64,000 nt of DNA, from the IMG/VR virus record IMGVR_UViG_3300037247_000655, positions 1 to 64,000 of that record; one strand, given 5' to 3'. The DNA comes from a virus. Below are positions 30,001-38,274 of the stretch, in pieces (the first letter of the stretch is position 1; each line of letters opens with the position of its first letter). A program made the position numbers and the translations under genes. The notes beneath the pieces were generated by a model. It had not been told where the DNA came from. It saw only the letters and a program-made list of their open reading frames with translations, and made no database searches.

Positions 30001-30338
30001 GTACTATACAAATGAGCGAGACAGCTACGGGTAGAGAAAGATTTGATACACCGCAGGTAGTTAGTCCTGGCGCAGTAGAAGGCAGGGCAAGGAAGGGTCG
30101 GTTACGCAAAGATAGGTACACGGCTGTTCTATTGGCGCACAAATATGTTTATGATACAGATATCGCTCCAGACGACAATATCGATTATAACGACGTTGCT
30201 GGCAATATCGTGAAAAGAACCAAAACAGGCAAGGATGAGCCTATGTACCGGGGTGCTGGGGTGGGTAGAATGAGGAATGCAGAGGCTGCGCGTAAAGGGA
30301 CTATTTACAAAGCCATTAAGAGGGGTAAAGCTGTCTAG
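27069..30338 (+). CDS. terL: Terminase large subunit, intein-containing
   Basis: Walker A RGGSKS, Walker B IIADEF, nuclease IGIDPA, RKDRYTA. Confidence 0.9.
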   Translation: MSKVTLNELLHGDQGKYGYLFPYRDRVPDIKKHLLDDFKQSKYPLDQTLISKMMDIDYIGWTANVILGIDLFPIQIAMLQMLWNTPFPMLVACRGGSKSWMLAVYAILRGLLDPGSKIIIIGAGLRQARLVFNYIDTIWANSPILRGIVGGGKNAGPRQNVDLCYFKIGDSIIYALPTGDGTKIRGFRASVIIADEFACLDRDTLVETNNGLERISDISDHKTSVINRYGDFERIDSFIKTPKTDVHEISTKYGYGFKCSSIHKVMTTNGWKLGKDLTNNDFLVIKNQYVFPECSADDSMTEDIAWLMGLLISDGDVTRKHGVSIKTIDQDLVEQVITKFAGLSPKVYTREAYVDKRGWKCQKSYEIHIHNTLFREKLYSLGIDYVGVADKVIPSIVLKSPKKIVISFLSGLFEGDGSCFLWKDRNTTKLGVAYYTISDALAQDLQTLLLKLDIISSRQTRRSKLSDRKQWMLRCNGRHALNLAELLNVPKWDDIIPRAQTYFHSDDYGITFDNGRGKWRANVEYGGKLHYLGRYFDKNDALESVKNFQATHDPCVRVKLVTKLPHQDHLYDFYLPMTHSFHGNGFIQHNSVPEDVFDIVVRGFAATAKSPMEEAKKIAFDKKLSQMDIPSDIKQKLMVDDGKMHGNQIVYSGTAYYAFNHFAKKHEMWQEIIRSKGDPDKISQIFGGDSLVPDDFNYKDYCIIRIPHTHLPDGLLDKRQLAHAKATLPRNIYLMEYGAVFVKDSDGFFPRSLIEGCSVGPNKPLDTPDGAVTFSPAMRGIKGPKYVIGIDPAAERDNLAVVIIEVWANHYRVVYCWAVNKKEFIKRKKRGLITDDDYYAYCCSRIREIVRLFNPIRVEMDSQGGGYAIAEMLRNHKLLDTDKGDFPIYEVIDFEDPKSTDGETDGRHILHLIKQSSEFNQDANIALHKSFETRTLLFPAFDSVKMYAAIEAEKASGVIFDTYEENVYNIEELKNELCTIQMSETATGRERFDTPQVVSPGAVEGRARKGRLRKDRYTAVLLAHKYVYDTDIAPDDNIDYNDVAGNIVKRTKTGKDEPMYRGAGVGRMRNAEAARKGTIYKAIKRGKAV
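27663..28838 (+). mobile_element. Intein (392 aa) with LAGLIDADG endonuclease and AP2-like domain
   Basis: DEFA|CLDRDT...GFIQHN|SVPED; LMGLLISDG and LSGLFEGDG; GITFD..RGKWRA...YLGRY. Confidence 0.92.
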
Positions 30339-30345
30339 TATTGTT

Positions 30346-30354
30346 GGTGTATAA
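30346..30354 (+). promoter_or_regulatory. Class-2 promoter GGTGTATAA
   Basis: Intergenic, upstream of the portal gene. Confidence 0.6.
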
Positions 30355-30407
30355 TCAATTGGACCTCGTTTGTATTACGTTGCTATTGATTTTAGAAAGG
30401 GGATAAT

Positions 30408-32510
30408 ATGCCTGGGAAGAAACCTAAAGAGTCTCCAACTGGTGGTGTTTTTTACACCAAGGGTTCAAAACCTCTTTCTAATCACGCTGTTGCAGATGTT
30501 TGTCACGTAACACATGGTAATAATAAAACGCTTGCGTCAGATCTAAATCTCAGGGCTGGCTTCAATCGTCACAATATGGATGCCGATCGTCCTGCAGACA
30601 GGATTCCAACCGATCACGCAGAAATAATTCAGGCATGTCAGTCTGTTTATCGAAGAGTGGGCATGGTCAGGAATATTATAGACTTAATGACAGATTTCGC
30701 GGCTGAAGGATTACAGTTACAGCATACAACAAAAACTCAGGAAAGATTTTATCGCGAATGGGCTAAGAGAGTCAATTTACAGGGTAGAGCGCATGACTTC
30801 ATGAAGCTGTTGATGCGAGACGCAAATGTGATAGTTCGTCGCAAAAATGCACAAATCACTAGACCCGCTATTAAGGAGATGACCAGAGGTGGTGTTAGTG
30901 GTCTAGAATTATTAGATGAAACCAAGGTTGCCGAAAAACCAGAGAAGATTAGTACGACCAAAAAGACCACTAAGAAGAATGAGATTCCATGGAGGTATGT
31001 TTTTCTTTCACCTGTTGTGATTGAAAAAATCAGTGGCGAAGTTGGTAAATTTTTTGGTTCTGATGCAATCGGGTTTAAAATTCCGAATTCACTGGCGACA
31101 GCAATTAACGCTCCCAAGACAAAGGCAGAAAAAAAGTATATTTCTCAGCTACCGCCAGAGGTTGTCAGGGCAGCTCGTAAGAGTTCGCGATTAGTTGAAC
31201 TAGACATGGATAAGATATACATAGACTATTACAAGAAAGATGATTGGGAGGATTGGGGAACACCATTTCTATACGGCGTATTAGAAGACATCATGTTTAA
31301 GGAGAAGATGCGATTAGCTGACATGGCTACGCTTGATGGTGTAATTAATGTTGTTCGTATATGGAAACTTGGGAAATCAGAACAACAAATTCTTCCTGCA
31401 CCAGCGATGGTTGATAGACTAATTGGTATTCTTCAGAGCAATGTTGGTGGCGGGGTCATGGATCTGGTTTGGGACGACATGATAGACCTACAGGTTGAGT
31501 ATCCACCAACAGACAAAATTCTTGGACCAGACAAGTATATTAGTGTAAATAGCGATATTGTGAGGGGATTAGGTATCCCAGATTCATTAGTAGGAGGGTC
31601 TGATCTGGGAACGAGGAATGCTCAATCTGCTTTTGTACAACTCAAAACACTAGTAGAACGTCTTGAATACGTGAGAAGCAGGGCTATTGTATGGATGGAG
31701 GGGGAATTGCGACTAGTGGCTGATGCCATGGGTTTCAAGAAAATTCCTGCTATCAGCTTTGGTATAATGTCTTTGCGAGACGAAGCAGCAGAGAAGCAAT
31801 TGATAATCCAGTTATTGGATCGTGGTATTATTTCATCCGAGAAGGTTACAGAAGTATTCGGAGTCAATTATATGATAGAAGTTGAGCGTTTGAAATCAGA
31901 ACAGGCAACAAGAGAAGAAAATCCTGGTGTACTGGAAAAATCGAATCCGTATAACCGTCCATTTTCTGTTATGGATAGACAACAAGAACATGCTATTGAA
32001 CTTGAGTTGGTTAAACAACAAAAAGACACGGGTGGTGGAGACGATAATGATGGTGGAGATAATCCAAGTGGTGATCAACCGAAAGATGAGGGAGTCAATT
32101 CTCCTGGCCGACCACCTTCAACAAAGGACACTAAGCCCAGAGATGAAAGAACACCTACTACACAATCTTCTATACTATATCTAACCGCAGAGGGGTTTTT
32201 AGACAAACTGGACGCGATACTAGACCCAGTTTATTTAGAACAAATAGGTGTCAAGAATGTACGGTCTCTAACCAAATCGCAGAAAACCGCACTTGACAGG
32301 ACCAAACGCGGCATCTTATCTGTCTTGCAACCCAACGACGTTGTTACAAAGGAATTGATTTCTGCTAGACTTGCTGTATCTAGCGATAATGACAGGGCCA
32401 TGGAAAATCGTTTTTGCGAATTGCTTGCACTTCAGACCACACACAGCGAAAAGACACCGACAGTAAAAGAGCGTCGTATGATAACGGCTTTTGCATGGGC
32501 CACTGGATAA
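30408..32510 (+). CDS. Portal protein
   Basis: Position after terL, size, WGTPFL motif, acidic G/P-rich tail (PGRPP). Confidence 0.75.
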   Translation: MPGKKPKESPTGGVFYTKGSKPLSNHAVADVCHVTHGNNKTLASDLNLRAGFNRHNMDADRPADRIPTDHAEIIQACQSVYRRVGMVRNIIDLMTDFAAEGLQLQHTTKTQERFYREWAKRVNLQGRAHDFMKLLMRDANVIVRRKNAQITRPAIKEMTRGGVSGLELLDETKVAEKPEKISTTKKTTKKNEIPWRYVFLSPVVIEKISGEVGKFFGSDAIGFKIPNSLATAINAPKTKAEKKYISQLPPEVVRAARKSSRLVELDMDKIYIDYYKKDDWEDWGTPFLYGVLEDIMFKEKMRLADMATLDGVINVVRIWKLGKSEQQILPAPAMVDRLIGILQSNVGGGVMDLVWDDMIDLQVEYPPTDKILGPDKYISVNSDIVRGLGIPDSLVGGSDLGTRNAQSAFVQLKTLVERLEYVRSRAIVWMEGELRLVADAMGFKKIPAISFGIMSLRDEAAEKQLIIQLLDRGIISSEKVTEVFGVNYMIEVERLKSEQATREENPGVLEKSNPYNRPFSVMDRQQEHAIELELVKQQKDTGGGDDNDGGDNPSGDQPKDEGVNSPGRPPSTKDTKPRDERTPTTQSSILYLTAEGFLDKLDAILDPVYLEQIGVKNVRSLTKSQKTALDRTKRGILSVLQPNDVVTKELISARLAVSSDNDRAMENRFCELLALQTTHSEKTPTVKERRMITAFAWATG

Positions 32511-32563
32511 TTTGTATATTAACGGTTCGTTAATAAGAGTTTGGTTTATTTTAGGAGGTAGTT

Positions 32564-32893
32564 ATGTCTATTGTTAATGTTTCGCTTGACACCAAAAGTA
32601 GAGTTGTTGTTCTTACTATCGATGGGATACAAGTACCACAAGATGGGTGTAGTATAGACAGATGGATAAATATGGATGGTGAAGAGCATATATCTTTTAG
32701 TTATACAAGAGAAAGTGTAAATGGTTCTGGGCTAACAGAAAGACACCAGTTCAGTCTTCCTACTCCCGAAGAATTAGCTGTAGTAACTATTGCTAATGTT
32801 GACAAGGATGGACTAGTATCAAAGATTGTGTATAATGACGAAAAGGCTAAGGCGGATATTATTGATTTTCTTAAGAAAAAGCGTAATCCATAG
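32564..32893 (+). CDS. Hypothetical protein
   Basis: RBS AGGAGG. Confidence 0.65.
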   Translation: MSIVNVSLDTKSRVVVLTIDGIQVPQDGCSIDRWINMDGEEHISFSYTRESVNGSGLTERHQFSLPTPEELAVVTIANVDKDGLVSKIVYNDEKAKADIIDFLKKKRNP

Positions 32894-32953
32894 TAATATG
32901 TCCATGAATGGTCTTTTTGTTAGTATGTTCACGCATACTTTATTCTTATATTT

Positions 32954-32962
32954 GTGTATAAT
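32954..32962 (+). promoter_or_regulatory. Class-2 promoter GTGTATAAT
   Basis: 8 nt before the protease ATG. Confidence 0.55.
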
Positions 32963-32970
32963 GCATACGA

Positions 32971-34434
32971 ATGGAGGCTTTCTTGCGTATTTATCAATCT
33001 GAAAAAGAAGATGGCGTAGACGCCCAGATGTCGGCTGATAAAAGTTCTGTTGCATTTGTTACAGCACCAGTTAATATAGGAGATATCAAGAAGTACTTCG
33101 ACGGCATGTCTATGGAGGATATAATTAAAGCTACGTCTACCATTCAGACTGTGGAAGAATTATTGGGTCAAGTACAACCAGATTTAGCTCTAGTGGTTGC
33201 TATTTTAGTTAGTACAGGTTGGAACGACAATGATGATATCTTTACTCCAGCGGAAGTTTGGAAGGCCAGGTCAACTCCTCTACACAAACCCATGAATGAT
33301 AATCATCAGGCCGAAAAGATTTTGGGCCATATTGTTCAAACCAGGGTTTTGGATAAATCTGGTGAAGAAATTGTTGTTGCAGAGGGCGGGTCTCCACCGG
33401 ATGAGTTTGATATAGAAGTAGCTGGTGTACTTTACAGAGCATTCGATGTGTTATCGGATAGAATAGAAGAAATCATAACCAAAGCTCAAAATGGTGAGAT
33501 GTTTGTGTCTATGGAGGCTTGGTTTCCAGATTTTGGCTATGGATTAACTAATACATCTACGGGGAAAACCAATCTCATTGACCGGACAGAATCCACTGCT
33601 TTTCTAACTAAGCACCTGAGGATCTACGGAGGCAGTGGTGAATATCAGGGATACAAGGTCGGTAGGGTTCTAAAAGATATAATTTTTGGTGCGCAAGGGT
33701 TTACTGAAAATCCTGCAAATCCTGAATCTGTAATTAAGGTTGCGGCAAGTCGGGGAGCCGCTTCTAAAGTGTTTGTTACTGCTGAATTGAATGGGTTATT
33801 GGAAGGGGGTGTAGAAGACATGGATAAGGATCAACTAAAAGAACTACAGGTGCAGCTAGATGAGGCCAAGGCCAGTCTGGAGAGCAAGACGCAAGAGGTT
33901 AGTGAACTACAAAAAGCCGCAGATGACTTTAAAGCTAAGGATTATGATGGTCAAATTACTACTCTTAATACGAAGTTAGAAGAGATGACTGTAGATGCAG
34001 ACAAAGCAACTGAAACAATGAAGGTTATCTCAGGTCAGAAGAATGAACTTCAGAAGCAGTTGGATGAGGTGACGAATCGTGCCGATAAGAGCGAAGCGGA
34101 ACTAGAGGTGATTCGTAAGAATGAAGTAGCTCGTGACCGTTTTGCGCAGTTGTCTGAAGTCAAACAGATTGATGACAAGGATGCAACTCTAGCGGAACTT
34201 TGTTCTATGAGTGACGAGACGTTCGCATTGGTTCTGAAGTTTGCTGGTGATACAGACAAGTCTGATAATAAAGAATCAGAAAAGACTGAAGCTGCTTTGG
34301 ATGACGTTAAGACAGACGATAGTGCTGATTTTATTGCTGATGCAAGTTCTGCCGAGACGGCGAAAGAGAGTTGGAGAACGTTGGCGAATGTGCTGACTGG
34401 ACACGAAACAAAGAAAGATGAAGGGGGTGAATAG
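32971..34434 (+). CDS. Prohead protease with C-terminal coiled-coil scaffold
   Basis: NDNDDIF, NDNH...ILGHI, VSME, NPANPESVI, followed by a long coiled coil. Confidence 0.8.
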   Translation: MEAFLRIYQSEKEDGVDAQMSADKSSVAFVTAPVNIGDIKKYFDGMSMEDIIKATSTIQTVEELLGQVQPDLALVVAILVSTGWNDNDDIFTPAEVWKARSTPLHKPMNDNHQAEKILGHIVQTRVLDKSGEEIVVAEGGSPPDEFDIEVAGVLYRAFDVLSDRIEEIITKAQNGEMFVSMEAWFPDFGYGLTNTSTGKTNLIDRTESTAFLTKHLRIYGGSGEYQGYKVGRVLKDIIFGAQGFTENPANPESVIKVAASRGAASKVFVTAELNGLLEGGVEDMDKDQLKELQVQLDEAKASLESKTQEVSELQKAADDFKAKDYDGQITTLNTKLEEMTVDADKATETMKVISGQKNELQKQLDEVTNRADKSEAELEVIRKNEVARDRFAQLSEVKQIDDKDATLAELCSMSDETFALVLKFAGDTDKSDNKESEKTEAALDDVKTDDSADFIADASSAETAKESWRTLANVLTGHETKKDEGGE

Positions 34435-34436
34435 GG

Positions 34437-34916
34437 ATGGCTTTAAAACCAGATCGTGAAATTAATGAAGTTACTGACATTACTAACTTTTGGACTACTA
34501 TTGCTGCTGAAAAGGGTGGTTGTGCTAGTAATGTGACCCAGGGCTCTGGCGCCTCTATGGGTACCAACATAGTTGATGAAGCTAATGTGGTAGGTTATGT
34601 GGCCAATCCTTCGGGAGCAATAGCAAAGGGTATTTTGCTGCAGCCAGTAAACGCACCGATGAGTGCTACCAGAGACTTCCTGAATTTTGAAAGTGGTGAA
34701 ATTCGTCCTGGTGATAAGTGTACTTTGGTGAAAAAGGGGTTTGTGGTTACAGATATGATCGTTGGTAGTACACCGACTGCTGGTGCTACGGCGTATTTGG
34801 CTGCAAGTGGTAAGTTGAGTATGGCAAACTACGGTAGTGCGTCTCCAGCAATTGGTCGTTTCGAGACAACTGTAGATGGTAATGGGTTTGCTAGAGTTTC
34901 TATTGATATTACATAA
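34437..34916 (+). CDS. Capsid decoration/cement protein
   Basis: Small G/A-rich beta protein between the protease and the major capsid gene. Confidence 0.65.
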   Translation: MALKPDREINEVTDITNFWTTIAAEKGGCASNVTQGSGASMGTNIVDEANVVGYVANPSGAIAKGILLQPVNAPMSATRDFLNFESGEIRPGDKCTLVKKGFVVTDMIVGSTPTAGATAYLAASGKLSMANYGSASPAIGRFETTVDGNGFARVSIDIT

Positions 34917-34934
34917 GGGGGGTGAAAAAGTACT

Positions 34935-35951
34935 ATGCGTAAAATAACCAAACCAACACCTGAACAGATTGAGCTTTTAAGGCGAACTGGTTCTTCAAAT
35001 AAGGCAGAAGCCCTAGAAGCGATGCATTCTTTGGCTCAGGCTCTACAAATTCCTTTGAGATCAGCATTGATCGATGGCGATATTCTAGGTGGGATCTTCG
35101 CACCCGAGGTGCTAGACCCGAGTGCAACGGCTGAGTATCCGCTTGATTTTTATCAGACCGCACAAGAAAACGACTACGTTGCATATACGCTTCCAAGCGA
35201 AGGTGCATTGCCACAGCGCAATGTCTCCGGTGATGCGGTTACCGTTCAGACCTACGACGTAGGTAATGCCATAGACTGGCCGCTTAAGTATTCTTTTTCT
35301 GCACGTTGGAATATTGTCGCTCGTGCTATGGAGGTACTTGAGGCAGGATTTGTCAAGAAGATGAATACTGATGGTTGGCGTGTAATCATAGCTGCTGGTG
35401 CTGGTCGAACAGACTATGCAGGTGGGGCTCCATTGGTGTATGACAGTGCGGCTACTGTTGGTCAGTTTACGAAGCGTTTGATTTCTCTGATGAAAACTAC
35501 GATGACTCGTCTGGCAGGTGGAAACAGCGCTACTGCTAATCGTGGTAGGCTTACCGACTTGTATATGAGTCCAGAAGCGCTTGAAGACATTCGTGAATGG
35601 GATCACGACGAGGTTGATGATGATACTCGTAACAGAATCTTTAATGCTACTGACGAAGTTCTGTCTAGTATCTATGGGGTCAATTTGCATGTACTGGACG
35701 AACTTGGTGTAGGCCAGGAGTTCCAGACGTTCTTTGAGACACTTGGTGTTAGTATGGGTACTGACGATGAGGAAATAGTCGTGGGTCTTGACTTATCTCA
35801 TGGAGATTCGTTCGTTATGCCAATCAGGCGTGAGTTGGTAATCTTTGAAGACGACGCCCTGCACAGGAAACAGCGCGCCGGATTTTATGGATGGCAAGAG
35901 CACGGTTTTGCGTCATTAGATGGTAGAAGGTGCCTCGTCGGATCTTTTTAG
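34935..35951 (+). CDS. Major capsid protein
   Basis: Position, 338 aa, HK97-like motifs (LYMSPEALEDI, GFYGWQEHGFA), strong terminator downstream. Confidence 0.85.
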   Translation: MRKITKPTPEQIELLRRTGSSNKAEALEAMHSLAQALQIPLRSALIDGDILGGIFAPEVLDPSATAEYPLDFYQTAQENDYVAYTLPSEGALPQRNVSGDAVTVQTYDVGNAIDWPLKYSFSARWNIVARAMEVLEAGFVKKMNTDGWRVIIAAGAGRTDYAGGAPLVYDSAATVGQFTKRLISLMKTTMTRLAGGNSATANRGRLTDLYMSPEALEDIREWDHDEVDDDTRNRIFNATDEVLSSIYGVNLHVLDELGVGQEFQTFFETLGVSMGTDDEEIVVGLDLSHGDSFVMPIRRELVIFEDDALHRKQRAGFYGWQEHGFASLDGRRCLVGSF

Positions 35952-35966
35952 GATGGTTCTAATAAG

Positions 35967-36002
35967 AAAACAGGGCTGACGATTAGTCAGCTCTGTTTTT
36001 TT
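35967..36002 (+). terminator. Rho-independent terminator
   Basis: AAAACAGGGCTGAC-gatta-GTCAGCTCTGTTTTTTT. Confidence 0.85.
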
Positions 36003-36028
36003 GGGACTATATAAATTATTTTTTCCAT

Positions 36029-36057
36029 GCAACAGAACACACTTTGTAACGTATAAT
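36029..36057 (+). promoter_or_regulatory. Class-1 promoter GCAACA-N15-CGTATAAT
   Basis: Recurrent motif before an HNH gene. Confidence 0.75.
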
Positions 36058-36058
36058 A

Positions 36059-37327
36059 ATGGGGAAGGAGACTGTTATGTTAAAAAAGCAAATTGATATT
36101 GAGAAAGCAATTAGACTTTATCGGGACGAGGGTAAACATACTCCAGAAGTATCAAAAGCTGTTGGATGTTCTGTTCAGACATTAATCACTCGATTAAGAG
36201 ATGCTGGTGTGACGATTAGGACGGCTGGAGAGTCTCATCAAAAAATTGATTTTGAGACAATACGACACGAATACGAAGATTTGAAGATGTCAACGTCAAA
36301 GATAGCTTCAAAGCATGGAATGAGTCAAGTTTCTATGTGGGGAAGACTGGTGAATGGGGGTGTTCAGATGCGTGATAGAAAAGAAGAGGCAAGAAAAGCT
36401 TGTATTACGATTCCTGTGTCGGATCATCTATCCATTTGCGAACGTTATAAAACCAACAAGCACGAAAGCTGTGCTGATATAGCCGAGGATTATGGAGTTC
36501 ACAGAACTACTATAGCTGCTGTTCTCAAGAAAAACAATATAACCCCTGAACATTCGGGTGCTCGCATTAAATCATACAAAGGTGGTATCACTAAGCTCCA
36601 CACAAGAATACGCAATTGTGAAAAGGCCGAATTTTTGCGGCGTGCCTGTATGGAAAGAGATGACTATAAATGTCGTATCTCAGGAGAAGTCGGCAAGTTA
36701 GAAGTCCATCATTATCCCAAAGTTTTTTCTAAGATGTTTAATGAATTCCTTGCTTTACATACGGATTTGAATCCCATCGAGGATTGTGATGAACTCTTAC
36801 TATTATCTCAGGATTACGAATCATTTTGGGAAATAGATAATGGCATGACAGTTACGGAAGAAATGCATAAAAGATTGCATATGCACAATGGAATCAAAGA
36901 TGAAGAGTTGATATCCTTGCATGATAAAGGGTGGTCATGTCAGCGTATTTCCAAGTATTTCGGCAAATCAGCGTCATTCGTTCGCGCCAGATTCTTGGCT
37001 ATTGGACAAGCTAGGAAAAGTCCAGGATTTTATAACAAGATGCGATCAGAAATAAGTGAAGAAACCCAAGCGGGAGTTTTAGAAGCTTATGTTCGTGGTG
37101 ATGTTGTCAGGCAGATATGCAACAGATATGACATTGCAAGTAGTACATTATACAAAATTCTGCGAGATAATCAGATCATTCCAGGTAATCGTAAAAAGTC
37201 TACAGAAAGTAAAGCTAGACAAGAAAGCACCAGAGTTCACCAGCTACGAGATTCTGGGGTTACTGTCCAAGAATTAGCGAGGATGTATGAAGTGAGTGAC
37301 ACAACAATTCGCAACATTCTATTGTAA
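36059..37327 (+). CDS. HNH-type homing endonuclease with about 6 HTH repeats (start may be 36077)
   Basis: ERDDYKCRISG..LEVHH...NGMTVTEEMHKRLH flanked by repeated HTHs. Confidence 0.75.
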   Translation: MGKETVMLKKQIDIEKAIRLYRDEGKHTPEVSKAVGCSVQTLITRLRDAGVTIRTAGESHQKIDFETIRHEYEDLKMSTSKIASKHGMSQVSMWGRLVNGGVQMRDRKEEARKACITIPVSDHLSICERYKTNKHESCADIAEDYGVHRTTIAAVLKKNNITPEHSGARIKSYKGGITKLHTRIRNCEKAEFLRRACMERDDYKCRISGEVGKLEVHHYPKVFSKMFNEFLALHTDLNPIEDCDELLLLSQDYESFWEIDNGMTVTEEMHKRLHMHNGIKDEELISLHDKGWSCQRISKYFGKSASFVRARFLAIGQARKSPGFYNKMRSEISEETQAGVLEAYVRGDVVRQICNRYDIASSTLYKILRDNQIIPGNRKKSTESKARQESTRVHQLRDSGVTVQELARMYEVSDTTIRNILL

Positions 37328-37368
37328 TACTTAATACTTTCTGTATATAATTAGTTGAGTTCACATCT

Positions 37369-37409
37369 AAGGAGTCGGAAGCTGCGTATGCGGTTTCCAG
37401 CTCCTTTTT
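37369..37409 (+). terminator. Rho-independent terminator
   Basis: GGAGTCGGAAGCTGC-gtat-GCGGTTTCCAGCTCC followed by a T run. Confidence 0.7.
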
Positions 37410-37421
37410 CTTTTAATTCTT

Positions 37422-37430
37422 GGTGTATAA
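37422..37430 (+). promoter_or_regulatory. Class-2 promoter GGTGTATAA
   Basis: Directly after a terminator, restarting the structural operon. Confidence 0.6.
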
Positions 37431-37467
37431 TTTAGTGAAAGGTCTTTTTTCTGGAGGTTCTACGTCC

Positions 37468-37845
37468 ATGACTGATGCCCAGGTAGCAGAATTATATTCT
37501 AGTGGAAATAGCTGTGCAGAGGTTGCCAGACTAGACAAGTGTAGTGAGACGTGCATGTATAATCGCTTAATATCCTTGGGTGTGGTTCTGAGGAGCAGAT
37601 CGGAAGCTAACAAGATTTTCCCTGATACTATTTTTATGATTCTGTACAACATGGGCCTGTCTACTTCTCAAGTCGGAAGAGTTTTGGGTATCAATTCATC
37701 GACGGTAACCAAAAGATTACACTCCCTTCATTATCCTTTGCGGTCTCGCACACTAGCTCAAAAGATAAGATACACAGAAAAAGAATTCAAGAAGTATTTT
37801 ATGGTTCCACAACTGTTGGATAGATTAGTAGAATGGGTGAATTAG
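37468..37845 (+). CDS. Double-HTH protein
   Basis: Two HTH repeats each ending in LRSR; RBS GGAGG. Confidence 0.65.
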   Translation: MTDAQVAELYSSGNSCAEVARLDKCSETCMYNRLISLGVVLRSRSEANKIFPDTIFMILYNMGLSTSQVGRVLGINSSTVTKRLHSLHYPLRSRTLAQKIRYTEKEFKKYFMVPQLLDRLVEWVN

Positions 37846-37876
37846 TAATTTTTATATTGTTTAAGGAGGATGGGGT

Positions 37877-38218
37877 ATGTCTTTAATAGGCCAATCTATA
37901 GTGGAATTTGATTTCTTTCCAGATTCGCCACCGTCTATTGTGGGAGAACTAGTTACTGGACAGTCTGTCAATATAGAATTATGGGAAAATGACAATGCAG
38001 TGTCTATAGGCTCCAGTGGTTGTGGAGAAATTGGTTCGACTGGCAGGTATAGCTGGTCTACCGGTGGTATCACGACTCTTACAGCTAGCCGTCAACAATT
38101 CCATTGGCGAATGTCTGATGGGTCAAATACTGACGAAGGCGACTTTGTGCTTATATCTCACGAAAATCGTGATGGTGGCATGCCATCATTAAACGACAAG
38201 CCTTCCTACATAGTCTAA
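37877..38218 (+). CDS. Stand-alone copy of putative docking domain A (virion protein)
   Basis: VNIELWE...IGSTGRYSWST, shared with the C-termini of the 38275 and 40645 ORFs. Confidence 0.65.
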   Translation: MSLIGQSIVEFDFFPDSPPSIVGELVTGQSVNIELWENDNAVSIGSSGCGEIGSTGRYSWSTGGITTLTASRQQFHWRMSDGSNTDEGDFVLISHENRDGGMPSLNDKPSYIV

Positions 38219-38274
38219 CCTACATTGATGTTTGTTGCAAATAAACATTGTTTGCAACATAAGGAGTACACAAA

